A stretch of 63,574 nt of DNA, counting the filler, from Folioceros fuciformis (lineage: Eukaryota), in the NCBI GenBank assembly GCA_049999805.1. It is 10 parts of 10 records of this genome, joined end to end, with 100 filler letters (N's around TTAATTAATTAA, not from the genome) between each part and the next. Parts side by side here need not be neighbours in the genome. Positions count along the whole stretch, not along the records: positions 19,185 to 31,715 come from JBNGIO010003944.1; positions 31,816 to 42,200 come from JBNGIO010003945.1; 8 more parts are not named here. One strand, 5' to 3'. The notes below the pieces were generated by a model, which made no database searches, was not told the DNA's origin, and worked only from the letters and a program-made list of their open reading frames with translations. Shown piece by piece: positions 23,801 through 36,399 of this stretch. The position numbers were made by a program, and so were the translations under genes. The number at the start of each line of letters is the position of its first letter. Position 1 is the stretch's first letter.

Positions 23801-26800
23801 CCTAACCTGATATGGATCTGGAGAAACCCAGATCTGAGATCAATCTTGGTGAACAGCTTGGCTCCATGTAGTTGGTCGAGGATCTCGTCGATCCTTGGCA
23901 TCTGGTAGACGTTCCTCATTGTGGCTCGATTGAGCCCTCGATAATCTATGCATAGCCGCCATCCTCCATCTGGCTTGGCAACTAAGAGGACGGGAGCACC
24001 AAAGGGTGACACAGAAGGTTGTACAAAACCCTTTTGTAAGAACTCATCAACCTGTTTCTTGATCTCTTCGTTTTCCATTGTAGATGTCCTGTAGGGCTAG
24101 ATATTAACCGGTTTGTGGCATGGCAGCAGCTCAATGGCATGGTCCACGGGTCTTCGAGGAGGGACCTCCGTGGGTTCAGCAAACACGTCCTGGTACTCCT
24201 TGAGCAGGTCCTTCATAGACTGTGGGAGCTGGTCCTCGTGGACCTTGGCTTTTGCGGCCCTTGATTCCGCAGTGCCTTCTAAGGAAAGCACCTTCTTGAG
24301 CTTTGCTATGTACAAGAATTTGCCCATGGCAGTTGCTTTATTGAGAGCAGAGACAGCAAACAGTTGTTTGTCAAGGAGGTACTGCTCCCCCTGCATGACG
24401 TATATCTGATGGGCTCGCAGGAGGAGAACAACATTTTTCTTCCAGTCTACCTTCAGCTGACCCGAGTGACTGGCTAACCAAGGCTTGCCTATGATCAAGT
24501 CATGGCAGAGCAAGGGCATCACGGCCAGCTTGAGAACCTCCTTGAGCCCTCCTGGAAAGGTAAGCTCTGCTTCCGTCCACTGTTCTCTACTGGTCTCCTT
24601 CTCGCCTAGGGTTGTGATCACTGTGGAGACCTGACCTGTGTCCTTGACTGACAGGCCAACTCTTTCTACAGCTGCCTTGGACACATAATGATGATTGGCC
24701 CCAGAGTCAAGGGTCCGTATGGCCCGGACTCCAGCCAACGACACCTCAAGTTTGATAGGTATGTGAGCTAGCTGGCATGCAGCAACTGATCTGAGTTTAC
24801 ATGCAGGATCAAGGATGGCCGCAGCTAGAGTGGGTTCACTAACCTTTGTGAGGGTTATGGCGTGTCTGCTCTTGACAGGGGCTGGGAAGACGCCACTCCT
24901 GGTGGACTTGCCTATCTCCTTCAGCCAGCTTATGAAGTCCCTCCTGAAAGGGTAGGATTTCGAACCATGTCCAGATGCTAAGCAGGTAAAGCACTTCCTA
25001 GCCTTCTTATAGTCTTCCTTCTCTTCCTCCGTGAGGATTTTGAAGGTTGGCTTCTTCTCTGTGGCATTGGCAGACTTGCTCCACTTGGGCTTGGGAGGGC
25101 TTGTTGAGGAGAGATGCTTGTACTTGTTGGTGCCATAGTTGATGGCCGCCTTCATGGGCTCCACCAAGGTTGTGGGGTTTGTTTGGTTCACGTCCGCCCT
25201 CATCTCGAACTTCAACCCATCGATGAACTTCTCGATTTTCTGTTCCACATCCAACCTAGGCATGTCAAGGGTAAGTTGTAAGAACTTGTCACAGTACTCT
25301 TGAATTGTGCCCTGTTGGAAGATCTTCCTGAACTGCTAATACAGGTCCTTGCGGTGGTTCACTAGCAGGAATTGTTCGAGGAAGATCTGTCGGAAGACTG
25401 GCCAAGAGTAGATCGGGGACTCCATGCCGAGGTCGACTTGCTTCTCCCGCTGGTGCCACCATCGCTATGCATACCCCTCCAGTGACATGACGCATAATTG
25501 AATCTTCTGCAGGTCATCTTCGTCAGAAGCAGCAAGATACTTGTCAATTTTGTCTAACCAGTCGCGGACGCTCTAGGCATCGTTGGCTCCTCCATCGAAG
25601 GTAGTTGTCTTGATTTTTCGGTGGAGCGCCTTGTCCAGCTGAGGCCTGGGTTTGAACTGGTAGTTCTCACCTTCTTGCACTTCGCTGTTGGTTTTTCCCC
25701 GTTGGTTCTCCCAGTGTTCATACCTCATCAGCTGTAGGTGCCTGACCATGGCCTTGAGGTCTTTGTTGTCCTTCTTGCCAGGTACGAGTTCCACGAGTAA
25801 CCTTTTCAGTTCCTCGTCTACCGTGCTCAAGTCACGTTCGCTAGGAATTGTTGGCATGGCCCTTGCTTCCTTCCTACCCTCAGAAGCATGACCCGGGGGT
25901 GCCAAGGGAGTCGAATGGTGTGTGCCCTCAACTGACTCTGTGGGCCTAGATGTCTTGTGGCAGGGTGAGGGTGGTGAAGGCCCTGGGGGTGATGACTGCT
26001 CCAACATCTGGAGCACACCCTCCAGCTGCCTTTCCAGCCCCGTCTGCCCCTCCTCACTTGGGCTTCGAGCCTGGTAATGGACTCCTCGACCTTCTCAAGT
26101 TGTTGGCTTTGGCAAGAGAGGGAGTTGCGTACCTCCTCACACGTTGTTCCACCCCGTGGGTCCTCCCTTCTAGTTGCCGCAGAGCCGACTCTCTGGCTAA
26201 CTCCTCCTTCGGTGGGTCCTGGCCTCCTGTGGATACAGGTGGTTGGGGCCCGTTCAGGCCGATTCCACCCCGTTTCCAGGGTCGCCCTTGCCTCCGGATC
26301 CCCGATTCAGAGCAGTACTCGGTGGGCAGACTCGCGGGTTCAGGCCCGGCTATTCCTTTCGCCGGCTGAACCTCTGCCTCTAGCTGGGTCTGGAGAAGGT
26401 GCAGGAGCTCCCGGCGTCGCCTCCTCATGCCTTCTGTCTCCAAGGACTCCTCGACTCGACTTGACTTGTGCCTCAGTGGAAGCAAGGCGCCGGTCCTGGG
26501 AATTGGGGCCAAGATGTCACACCCATCGGTGAACCCGATCCTCGATTCCCTCTAGTGGATTCTCTCCTTCACTTCCACTGGAAATATGTCGGTCTCCCTC
26601 CGAAGGTAGGATGTAATCGCTCATATTGCTGGCTGATTTGTGCGTGGATTGCAGGTGTCTTCACCTTCGAGGTAGTCGCTAACCGTCTGGCTGTGAATTG
26701 ATCCAGGCTTCCCTAATTGTTGGCGCCTTCCATCCTGTCCATCGCGATGGGCCTGTCGACTCCAACGGTCGCGCCTGCCTCCCTAAACACAATCTACCGC

Positions 26801-27399
26801 AGCATGGGCCTAATTGCCTCTTGGCGATCCGAGTCTTGGTTGGGATTGGTCCCTCTACAGCGCTAGGGGCTCCTAAATCGTGGGGAGCCTCCTTCCTCTC
26901 GTATGGCTGAGCCTAGCCTGAGCGATCCTGTCCACTGATCCCAGATCCGGGGTCTGGGGCCTCGGAGTCGTTGGACAGTGGCTCTGATACCACAGATGCT
27001 ACGACCCAGAGAGCTTGCTTAGTGGAGATAGGACCTTGTTGTATTCATTATGATGGTTTTTTATACATGTGCTTGGGACTAGCCAAGAAGTACGCATCCT
27101 TGCTCAACAACTAGGGTTGTTGGGCCGTTAAATGTTTGTTAAAACTAGTTCTTCCTAAGTAAATGCTTTATCCCTATTTAGCGGCTAGTTAATCTAGGGT
27201 TGTTTTACCGATTCAACTTAACGGCTACACAAAGTTATGTTAGTCCAAAACTCATCTTCAACTTGGTTGTCTGTCTCGTTATGCGATTCTCGTTAGGTAC
27301 CTTCTGGGTTGGTTCCTACTGCCCCATCCAGCTATGGCTGAAGGCGGCTTTGTTCCCGTTAGCTACACACGTAGATTGGCCATGGCGGTGCGTGTGTCA
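20802..27399 (-). mobile_element. Full-length decayed Ty3/gypsy chromovirus: gag-PR-RT-RH-INT-chromodomain
   Basis: 403-bp LTRs at 20802-21204 and 26997-27399 (TG..CA); 5-bp TSD GCAAC; tRNA-Met PBS 26981-26992; PPT 21205-21217. Protease LDSGA, RT WRLCIDYR/FLDD, integrase GHLG..KT, chromodomain FLVAWTGEPDSAATWEP (~21275-21425). Confidence 0.95.
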
Positions 27400-27724
27400 G
27401 CAACCCTCAAGCTTGGTGCTGCTCCTCCCATGTTGATCAGGTACCTTGTTTGGGTTTGGGTCCGGTTTGGTTTCACACCTAAACTAAGTGACTTTTTCTA
27501 GCCAACCTAGTTATCCGTTCATAACGGATCTATTTCCTATAACTAGTACTTAAAGGAAATGAATCCTTGGACTATGGGCCAATCAAAATAAAGGATATGT
27601 TTTCATGTCCTTCGTTAATGAAAATGCCTAACCAAATGTAGTTTATAAGAGCAAGCATACATCAAGTTCACATTCTTTGCATGTGTACCTTAGTTCTTGT
27701 GTCGTAACGTTGGGCTGGTGGCTG

Positions 27725-27990
27725 CGATAGTCCTTATAGTCCCGGCTGTCCCAGCTGTGGGATTGCCATGTCCCATGGCTGGGACAGTCTTGGCTATCTC
27801 AGCTGTGGGACTACCATGTCCCATGGCTGGGACAGTCCTGGCTATCCCNNNNNNNNNNGGCTATCCCGGCTGTGGGACTACCATGTCCCATGGCTGGGAC
27901 AGTCCCAGCTATCCTGGCTGTGGGACTACCATGTCCCATGGCTGGGACAGTCCCAGCTGTCCTGGCTGTGGGACTACCATGTCCCATGTC
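27725..27990. repeat. 48-bp tandem array with internal palindromes
   Basis: Unit TGTGGGACTACCATGTCCCATGGCTGGGACAGTCCCAGCTATCCTGGC, about 5 copies, includes a 10-N gap. Confidence 0.9.
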
Positions 27991-27999
27991 TGGCACGGT

Positions 28000-30108
28000 C
28001 TTGGCAACCTCCTAACAAGAACTCCTTTGACTCTTTCTAAGCTGGGCTCATTGCTAAAATCATTAACTTAACCCCTTGCATGTATCACTCGAAGCCATAT
28101 GGTCCAAAACCGTCCTCGGTGGTAAAATGCAGCTCCTTAAAGGCCACGAGAATTCAGAGGAGATCCACATCTCCAGAGTGATCCCTCAAGGCAACACCAT
28201 TAGTCCTCTTACCTTCGCAATAGCCCAAAACACCCTCTCTAAGTGGCTAGAGTGGGACTGCCACGGATACAAGATGCATGACATTGCAACACTCCCTAGG
28301 GAGTCGACTATATGAACATTGAGGCTTGGATATCTAGCTCTTGGAGTGATCTTCAAGCTATGGCCCTCTGGGAAATTGCATTTTCCAACTGGGCGGGAAT
28401 GGAGTTTAACATTAGCAAATGTGGCTAGTGGGGTCTCAACACTGATGGCACAAAATTCCACAGGGAACCTTGCCTATGGGAACAACCAATCCCATAGTTG
28501 TTTCGAAACACCGCATTTCAACACTTGGGTACTGTGCGCAAACCTACAGGAGAGGGCAGTGGTATCACATGTCTAAAGGATGCCGATGGGCTTGCACACA
28601 GATTCGGCTCCCCAACCCTAGACAAATTCAAGAAGTGACTCGCTCTCATTAGAGAACACCTCAAACTACTTCAACCACAGTCCCGAATAAAAATGATCCG
28701 TGAATGGGGTGTCTCAATCATGCAATACCCATTGGCACACCTCAACATCTCCGATGAGACCCTATGGCAGGCTGCTTCAACCATGCTAGTGTCAACATGC
28801 CGAGTGTTAGAACTTGGAGACAGGGAAGGAATCTGCAACCAATTTTGGGCACCAAGGGATTGGGGGGACTTGGTCTCATGGACTTCATCAAAATTAGGCA
28901 AGATACCCTAGTTCTAAGCCTATTCCACTGACTCAAGCACCCGCTTAGTGCCCAAACTAGCTAAATGCCGCCAAGTCCCAATGGGCTGTGGGTGCATCTT
29001 CTTTGATTGGGACCTCTCCCTTCCAAAGGCTAATCCGGACCATCCCACCCCTTACCTCGTCAAATTGTTTACCACCAGTGGGAAAGGGTGTATAGTCAAA
29101 GATGGGCATGGACCAACCACCAGACGAGAGATAGAGGATAGGATTCTTGGAACAAGGCTCTATGCCGCCTACTGCCATGCATAAGTATGGGTGAATGGCC
29201 AGGGAGTGATGACTAACATTGGGACCAACCCCACCCCCTTCCTGAATATCGCTCCACTAAGAGCGTACATAAAACACAAGTGTCGGCTCGAAACCACCCA
29301 GAAGATGGAATGCTTAGACAGATAACGACAATAACACTTCCCGGGACCGCATGCCCTAGGAAGCCCGTGCTAGGTAACCCACCCAAACGTCCTGGCAGTC
29401 GAGTTCACCACCATATGCCGTTTCCTGCTCAATTGTATGCCATGCAAGTCTCGATGAGCAATCACTCACGGCGAGGATCCGTTCTATCAAAACTGCACCC
29501 TCCATAAAAGAGAAACGGGTGTACAAATCCTTTGCTCCTATCTCGAACCCCGACTCTGCACACTTAAGACCCTCAATCATGACAAAATCGTCATGGAATT
29601 GGCCACTTGGTTTTCCTTTTTATTTGGGGGTAGACCTTTACGCAAAGAATAGATATTCATGGCACCAAATGTGTTTGGCTAGTTTTCGGAAGTAGTAGAG
29701 CTCTCCCGCTTCCCGAACTACTGGGAGCTAACTGGATGCCTCCAGCTAGATTTCATCATAAAATTCGATAAAATGGGACCTCAACTTGGGAATATAAAGT
29801 TTGAGGCCCCGCTCCACTCTTGGATTGTTCTTATTGATGTCGTTGTCACACAAGACTCCTACATCAACAAGACACAGGCGGAGAAAACGGACAAATACTC
29901 AAATCTTACCAAGGCTATCCAATGGGCCAACCTCAATGCCACAATTCGGCTCATCCCCTTCATGGTGGGAGTTATGGGCACGATACCACATTGGTTGCAC
30001 AAAGTGCTCCAAAACCTAGTATGAGGTACCAAGGTCTCATGTCCATACAATGAAATCAACAAAGCAGTGGTTAACTTCAACCTTAAGCTTTGGAGCACTT
30101 GGGATTTC
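28000..30108 (+). mobile_element. Decayed non-LTR retrotransposon with RT and restriction-like endonuclease, R4/Dong-like motifs
   Basis: RT: IHISRVIPQGNTISPLTFAIAQNTLSKWLEWDCHGY. RLE: LDFII...LIDVVVTQD...EKTDKYSNL...LIPFMVGVMGTIP. Confidence 0.7.
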
Positions 30109-30493
30109 TGTTAAGCATAATTGTGCGTTGTCGCTTAGATGCATGCAAATAGTAATTAGTGAATAATTAAGTGATGCTAATAAATAGCATTAGCGGTCAT
30201 TAATAATTATTTGGTGGAGATGATTAGAAAATATAATATGAAGTCAACTAGATAGACACATAACTAGATGTGTGGATTGATATAATCACAGCACTAAGAT
30301 AGATAGGCACAAGCACAAGCGTACGCCGTGCATGCTAAGATAGCATTAGCTTACAAGCTGGTGTCACGGAAAAGTGACATACCGGCCATTACAACCGCTA
30401 GGGTTAGCTAACCTAGACTTGACCTAACTAAAGGATAATTAATATCCTATCACTCCCACTCAAGTTGAATGGTTAGCGGCCTGTTAGATCTAT

Positions 30494-30533
<40 letters not shown>

Positions 30534-31106
30534 ACTAGATAGTTTGTTTTATCTATAAACCTATCTAACTGTTTAAGAAACTTCTAATTAGCCTACGAAA
30601 CTTCGACCTAGACTAAAGAAACTTCAACTCTTGAGCGAAACTTTGTCTCTCTCTCTCACGCTCTCGTTCAGCCTTCAAGCGCCGCACTTCAGTCTTCACA
30701 ATCTCCGCCGCCATGCCCGCTGCTCGACTCTGAATCAGCTGACCTGCTCCACTTGAGGCTACGCCCCGATGCACGCAAGCCCAAGCCAGCTGAATGCTCA
30801 TAGTGTTTTACTCGCCCTAGGGCCTTGGTCAGAATATCGGCCATCATGGCCTTTGTTGGGCAATACACCACCTGAATGATCCCAGCTGTGGCCAGCTCTC
30901 GAACATATTGGTGCTGGATTCCAATGTGCTTCGTCTTGGCGTGATACCTCGGGTTCATAGTGAGCGCGATTGCGCTTTGATTGTCGCAATACAGTTGGAT
31001 TGGCAGCTATTGTTTGAAACCCAGCTCTCAAAGAGCTCCAACTGTCCACACTATCTCCTTGCTGGCCTCGGTAAGGCTTTTAAATTCAGCCTCTGTGCTT
31101 GACAAT
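30109..31106 (-). mobile_element. Ty1/copia 3' end: RNase H (30689-31106), PPT (~30453-30464), probable LTR 30109-30452
   Basis: YCDNQSAIAL..NPRYHAKTKHI...MMADILTKAL. (CT)n(TA)n microsatellite at 30495-30530. Confidence 0.8.
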
Positions 31107-31715
31107 GTGTGAACCTCCAAAGTTTGGGGTAGTAGTTTGTTTTGGTTGAAAAAGGGTTAATAGTGGTATGGTTTGGTTTTCTTTTTCAACTTATTTTTCC
31201 TAATTTTCCTTGATTTTCTGGTCATTTTTCCTATTTTTCTTTGTGCTAATTAAGTTAATTGACCAGGAAATAGTTGGTTTGGTTATAAGAGTGGGTATAG
31301 GTTTGGTCCCAGAGCTGGGAAGGTTTAGGTTCAGTACCGGGCCATAGGGTTGGGTGATTAGTTTAATATTATTTAAAGATATAATATTAAATAATAATAT
31401 AATAATATAAAATAAATATAATAATGGTTTGAACATAGGAAGGGGTATCTGGGTGTGTCAGTGTCAGGGGTCAGGGGTCAGGGTGAAGGGGCTTGCCCCT
31501 AGCTCTTGATTGTAAAGGGTGTGTCTTTCTCTCAACCTGTCCACTCTTGTTCCTTGCTTGGTCAAGTGCTGTAGGCCGGCCATGTCTCATGGCGTCTGGT
31601 AAGGTTGTGGGGAGGAGATACCCAAGAGGGGAGTGTGTTCCCTTCTTCCTTTTGTTTGGGGTTAGTCTAATGACTCTTGCCGGGTAGGAGGAGTCCGTAG
31701 GGAAGTGTAGAAGGT
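31107..31715 (-). mobile_element. LTR fragment of repeat family B
   Basis: 31486-31715 is the reverse complement of 47271-47500. It interrupts a copia RNase H. Confidence 0.7.
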
Positions 31716-32267
31716 NNNNNNNNNNNNNNNNNNNNNNNNNNNNNNNNNNNNNNNNNNNNTTAATTAATTAANNNNNNNNNNNNNNNNNNNNNNNNNNNNN
31801 NNNNNNNNNNNNNNNCTCCCATCGCGGCCTGAAACAACCCTGGACTGTCCATCTCCGAACGCCTGCAATGCGCCCGCCGGATGACGCCGAGCCCGCACCG
31901 GGCCCGAGGCAAGGATGAATATCGCGGAATGTCACCTCACCACATCGTCGCGCGCGAAAGCGACAGCGAGATCGCGAGAGAACGGGAAAGAGGGAGCTCC
32001 ATCTCCAGCCACAGCCGCCGCGGCGCACACGATTGCGCGATTGAGATGGAGTGGACGCACATTGCCGATGCCTGATTCGGGATCTGTTCCAGGACAAGCC
32101 ACCAGTAGCTCTCTTTGGGTAACGCGTCGGCCAATCATCGTCGAGAAACAGGAACAGGAGCAGGAACAGGAAAGCGCAAAGGACAACCTCTTTCCTTTCC
32201 CCCTCCTAGTCACCAAGCCGTTAGCGTCACCATTACCGGACAAATAATACCCAAAATATTACCACGA

Positions 32268-32303
<36 letters not shown>

Positions 32304-33793
32304 TCTTCTCATCAATCAGAAAGCATGGCTATCCGCTGTCTCAGGCTTCACTTCCGGGATCTCCGTCAAATATTTTTGTACCACACAACCACAAGTTTCA
32401 CAACGCTTCTTCCTCATGACAACAATCAAATCAAATCAAATCCTATCAGGTGTGCGACGTGGAGAAAGGCGGGGTACGCCTTTCCACAGTGCGCTAAGTT
32501 TCGGCAGCCTTTTACTGAACGACACAAATGTGGTGTGCATATCTCCATCGCCCTGGATCTCATACTCACACCTCACCGAACCGCTCCACGTTGTAGACGT
32601 TGTAGAGTACCTTGCAAACTGTATTCTATTTTTATTATCATATTTTTTCCACGGTGCTGCGCAAGATGGAGTACCAAGGCATCGCTGCTGCGCCTAATGC
32701 ACTGAGGCTTGTGAGTAGAGAGCCTGATCCCCGGATAGTATCTCACAAAACAGGTGACGTGTTTGTGGTGTGGTGCACTACAGAAGGATGCTCCCCAGGA
32801 GGGGATGGGCAGGAAAATTTCCCTCGGTTCTCCAGTGAGCATGGCAGTGGAAAACAATCTGGCCTCCCCGCTATCCACAGCCTGGTAGAGAGAGCACACC
32901 AGTTAGTGGCAAACTCTCGAGTCATCATGTGGGAAAGTAAGTGGTAAGTGTTTTCGGACCTGTAGAAACCGACGTGGTGAGGTGGACTGTGGGGCTGATT
33001 CCAGCTGCCATCTGTTGGAATGACATAGGAGGTTTCTGGTTGTGGATAAGGAGGAAGGTAAGATTAGGCCCCTTTCCAGACAGAAAAAGAGATAACGTGG
33101 GTTCGGGACGAGTGTGAAAGGAAGCGGATTCTGTACCTCGTGCGGACGACCTGAGCATTTTTTTTTGGTCTGCCTTGACTGCTCGGAATCAGAATCAGAC
33201 TCCTTATGAACTGTGTTGAACTGCCCTCTCATCTCTGCTGGTCAAGCTGAAGGTTGGTGCAGGGATGGTCGGGATGTTGGACTTGACTTGTATGGAGACA
33301 CCGTGTGCGGGTACCCCCACCACATCCCAGGCAGGGCCACCCTTGATCCACTCTCTCATGGACTGAACTGGGGTGCCATTCTTGGATAGAGTCCAGGAGC
33401 CCCTGCAGGTTTGCAACTCTGCTTCCACACCCACAGGACCAGAAGTTGAAACACTTGCACTCTCGTGTTGCTCCAAGCTGAATCCCACAACGCATCCCCG
33501 ATTCCACCGCATCTGAGCCGAATTCCAGACCTGTACCCCGACCCGAGTCCTGGTCTCCGTGACCCAGCCAGAACACAAGCGAAGCGAAGCCTAGACAAGG
33601 GAGATGAGACGCACGGAGTTCTAACCGCGCTGCTCCATTCTGGTTCTTTCTGTGATGATGAGATGTTCCAGGATCACCGTCAGCCATCCATGCCCATGTC
33701 TCAGTTCGGACAGGAACGAAGTCAAGCAAGGACATCCGCCAAAAGAAAGAGAACACCTTTCTCTGGCCTTCACACTTGACCACTAGCTACTTC

Positions 33794-35680
33794 TTGCGGT
33801 CGACCCTTACAACAGCGAGAACCAGCTGCGAATCGATGTACTCGGTACCCATCCCTTACTACAATATTTCTCTGTTCAAGCCTTAACATTCTCTCTGTGG
33901 AACTGTGGCAGTCACTGCACATGCGTGGGTTCTCCGTCACCGCCATAGGTGTCCCACTCGGGATTGGTCAAGAGACAAAACACCAGAGCTAGCCCACAAT
34001 GCACGCCTCCGTTTTCCTCCCCACACACCGGCTTCAACATCAAATTTGTGTGTGGTACCTGGCCCCCTTCCAGTTTCAGACGTGCATTCCTGCTCTCCAA
34101 CTTGACTGCAATATCACCTCTGTTTTCTCCCATCACAAAAGAACGTGCCTCCTTGTTCACCTCAATGGTCGCCACTGCAGGCATTTTACTAGCTCCAGCT
34201 ACCCTCCTCTATGTTTCAACCCTGTCTACGTTGGTCCACCTACCTGCATCTACATAGGCATTGGCCATGAGAACATGGGCTGGATCCGCCTTGGGACCCA
34301 GCCTAACAATGCTTTCAAAACACGACACTGCCCTCTCAATTTCCGCGTGACTTCTGGAGGCAGTCAACAAAGATAGTGGACGTTGTCCAATATCTTGTTG
34401 TGAACAAGTCCACAACGTCACTTTGGACCTCACACGATAATAGCATCTTCTCCGCGTCATCTAAATGACCGGAACACCCAAGAAGATCAATCATCCAGGT
34501 GTAATGCTCAATAGCAGCTTTGACGCCATGCTGTTCAGCCATGGAATTCAAGTGCTTGAGACCCTCGTGGATCAACCCCCAATGACTGCATGCTGCTAAA
34601 AGGCAAGTGAAGGTAGCAGCATGGGGCGGAATTTCGGAAGCCAGCATATCCTCAAAACAAGCTAGTGCCTTGTGATCTTCACCATAATCACCATGCCCAG
34701 ATAACATGGCGGTCAACGTCACCACATGATTCGCATTCACGCCGTCAGAAACCTGGCGTGCAGCTTCCAGGTCACCACATTCTGCGTACATGTGCACCAG
34801 GCAGGTGCTCACCACAACGTTATCCAGCAGTCCTCTTTCAACAATCTGTGATTGCAGCTGCCTGCCCCTCTGTAAGGCACCAGTGCTTGCACAGACCTTC
34901 ACAAGGCAACTAAAAGTAACAAACATGGTTAGCCAAGACCAGGCCCGACACTTCCAATTGTTTGTACAAAACAAGAGCCCCTTGGCGGAGTCCCTGCTGT
35001 GCATACCCAGCTATAAGTGAGGTCCATGTCACCACATCCATTGTGGTCATGCTGGCAAAGGCATTGTGCGCCTCTTCCACTTCACCTCATTTTGCGTACC
35101 CAGCAGTCAGGGCATTCCAAGCCACTACATCCTTTGCCGCCATGCCATCAAAAACCAGGCGAGCATATTCAGGTCGCCACATTTCGCATACATGTTCACC
35201 AGGCAATTGCCAACAAACAAGTTAGAGGGAATGCCACTGTGCAATACATGACTGTGCACTTTTCTGGCGGATTCCAAGACGGCAGCAAATGCACATTAAG
35301 CCAGGGCAGCTACAAAGACGTGACCATTCGCCGTCCCTCCTGACCTGCGCATGGCGTAGTACAGTTGNNNNNNNNNNNNNNNNNNNNNNNNNNNNNNNNN
35401 NNNNNNNNNNNNNNNNNNNNNNNNNNNNNNNNNNNNNNNNNNNNNNNNNNNNNNNNNNNNNNNNNNNGTACAGTTGTATGGTTTCATTATGGATGGCGCC
35501 AACCCCCGGCGCCTTCAGGTTCGTCAAGAATGTCTGGACACACAACAATTGCAATTTGTTGTCTCCACGACGGGTCCGGTTGCCGCATAGTAGGCATAGT
35601 TCAAGAAGCTTTCGTCAGAAAGCTTGTCTGATTACACTACTTGTACTCTACTTCGCCCAGTCGCCAGGCACTGGTCACCC
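33794..35680 (-). pseudogene. PLS-class PPR protein with E/E+ and DYW:KP (GRP-type) domain, pseudogenised
   Basis: PPR motifs (TFTCLLAACSHWGLI, EHYTWMIDLLGCSGHL), E motif (HVLMANAYVDAGRW), KMPAVATIEV, then NPRMCSDCH...IVVRDGYRVHRF...CKGRP. Several frameshifts and stops; includes a gap. Confidence 0.85.
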
Positions 35681-36399
35681 GGCCCTGTGTCCACCGTCCC
35701 CGCGGGGTGTTCATTGCTTCACACTTGACAGGTTTTTATCAAATTTAGACTCCAGATGCCTTGAAATCTATCGCTCCTACGTGTTCGGATGTTCTACATC
35801 TTTGTTACACTAGTCAGGGTTGTCCTATTCTTGCTGCAACTGGTGGCCAGGGCCAGGGATGGCGGGCCTTCACCATGGATGTTGTACCAGCTTACACAGT
35901 CAGAGCTTTTGAAACCTTGTGACCCGGCCATTCATGAGCAAGCAGGCGGAAGCGTCTAGTACACTGCGAGGAATTCCTTTTCAAGGAAGTGATGCCGTAC
36001 CCTCACGTGGTCAACGACATAGAACCATTGTGGAGGTCACCAGGACGTTGGTGCGAGACTACTAGCAGGGGAGCACTAGCTGTGGAGAGGGGAGGACGTT
36101 CTTCGGAACCCTAGATTGGAGAACGAGAGGAAACTATGTACAGCAACACGGCATCACATCTCTTCATGGGCTCACAGTAGTCTGGTCACCCAGGGCCCTA
36201 GGGTACTTTGAGTCTACGAGGATTAACTAGGGCATGGGTCCCACGTTGGACCATTCCACATCTATGAAAGGTGGATCTCCCGGGTCGTGCCGGTCCATGA
36301 ATGTTGTGAATTGAATGAATCTTTATTAATTAGTAATAATTATATATCATAATATAATATATATTTACTAAACTATACAATAATATTCATCAGGCAAAG

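Noticed and set aside
32115-33783. Several 100-200-aa ORFs upstream of the PPR end
   Set aside because: No recognisable domain or consistent exon chain. It might be a decayed gene, but I cannot support a call.
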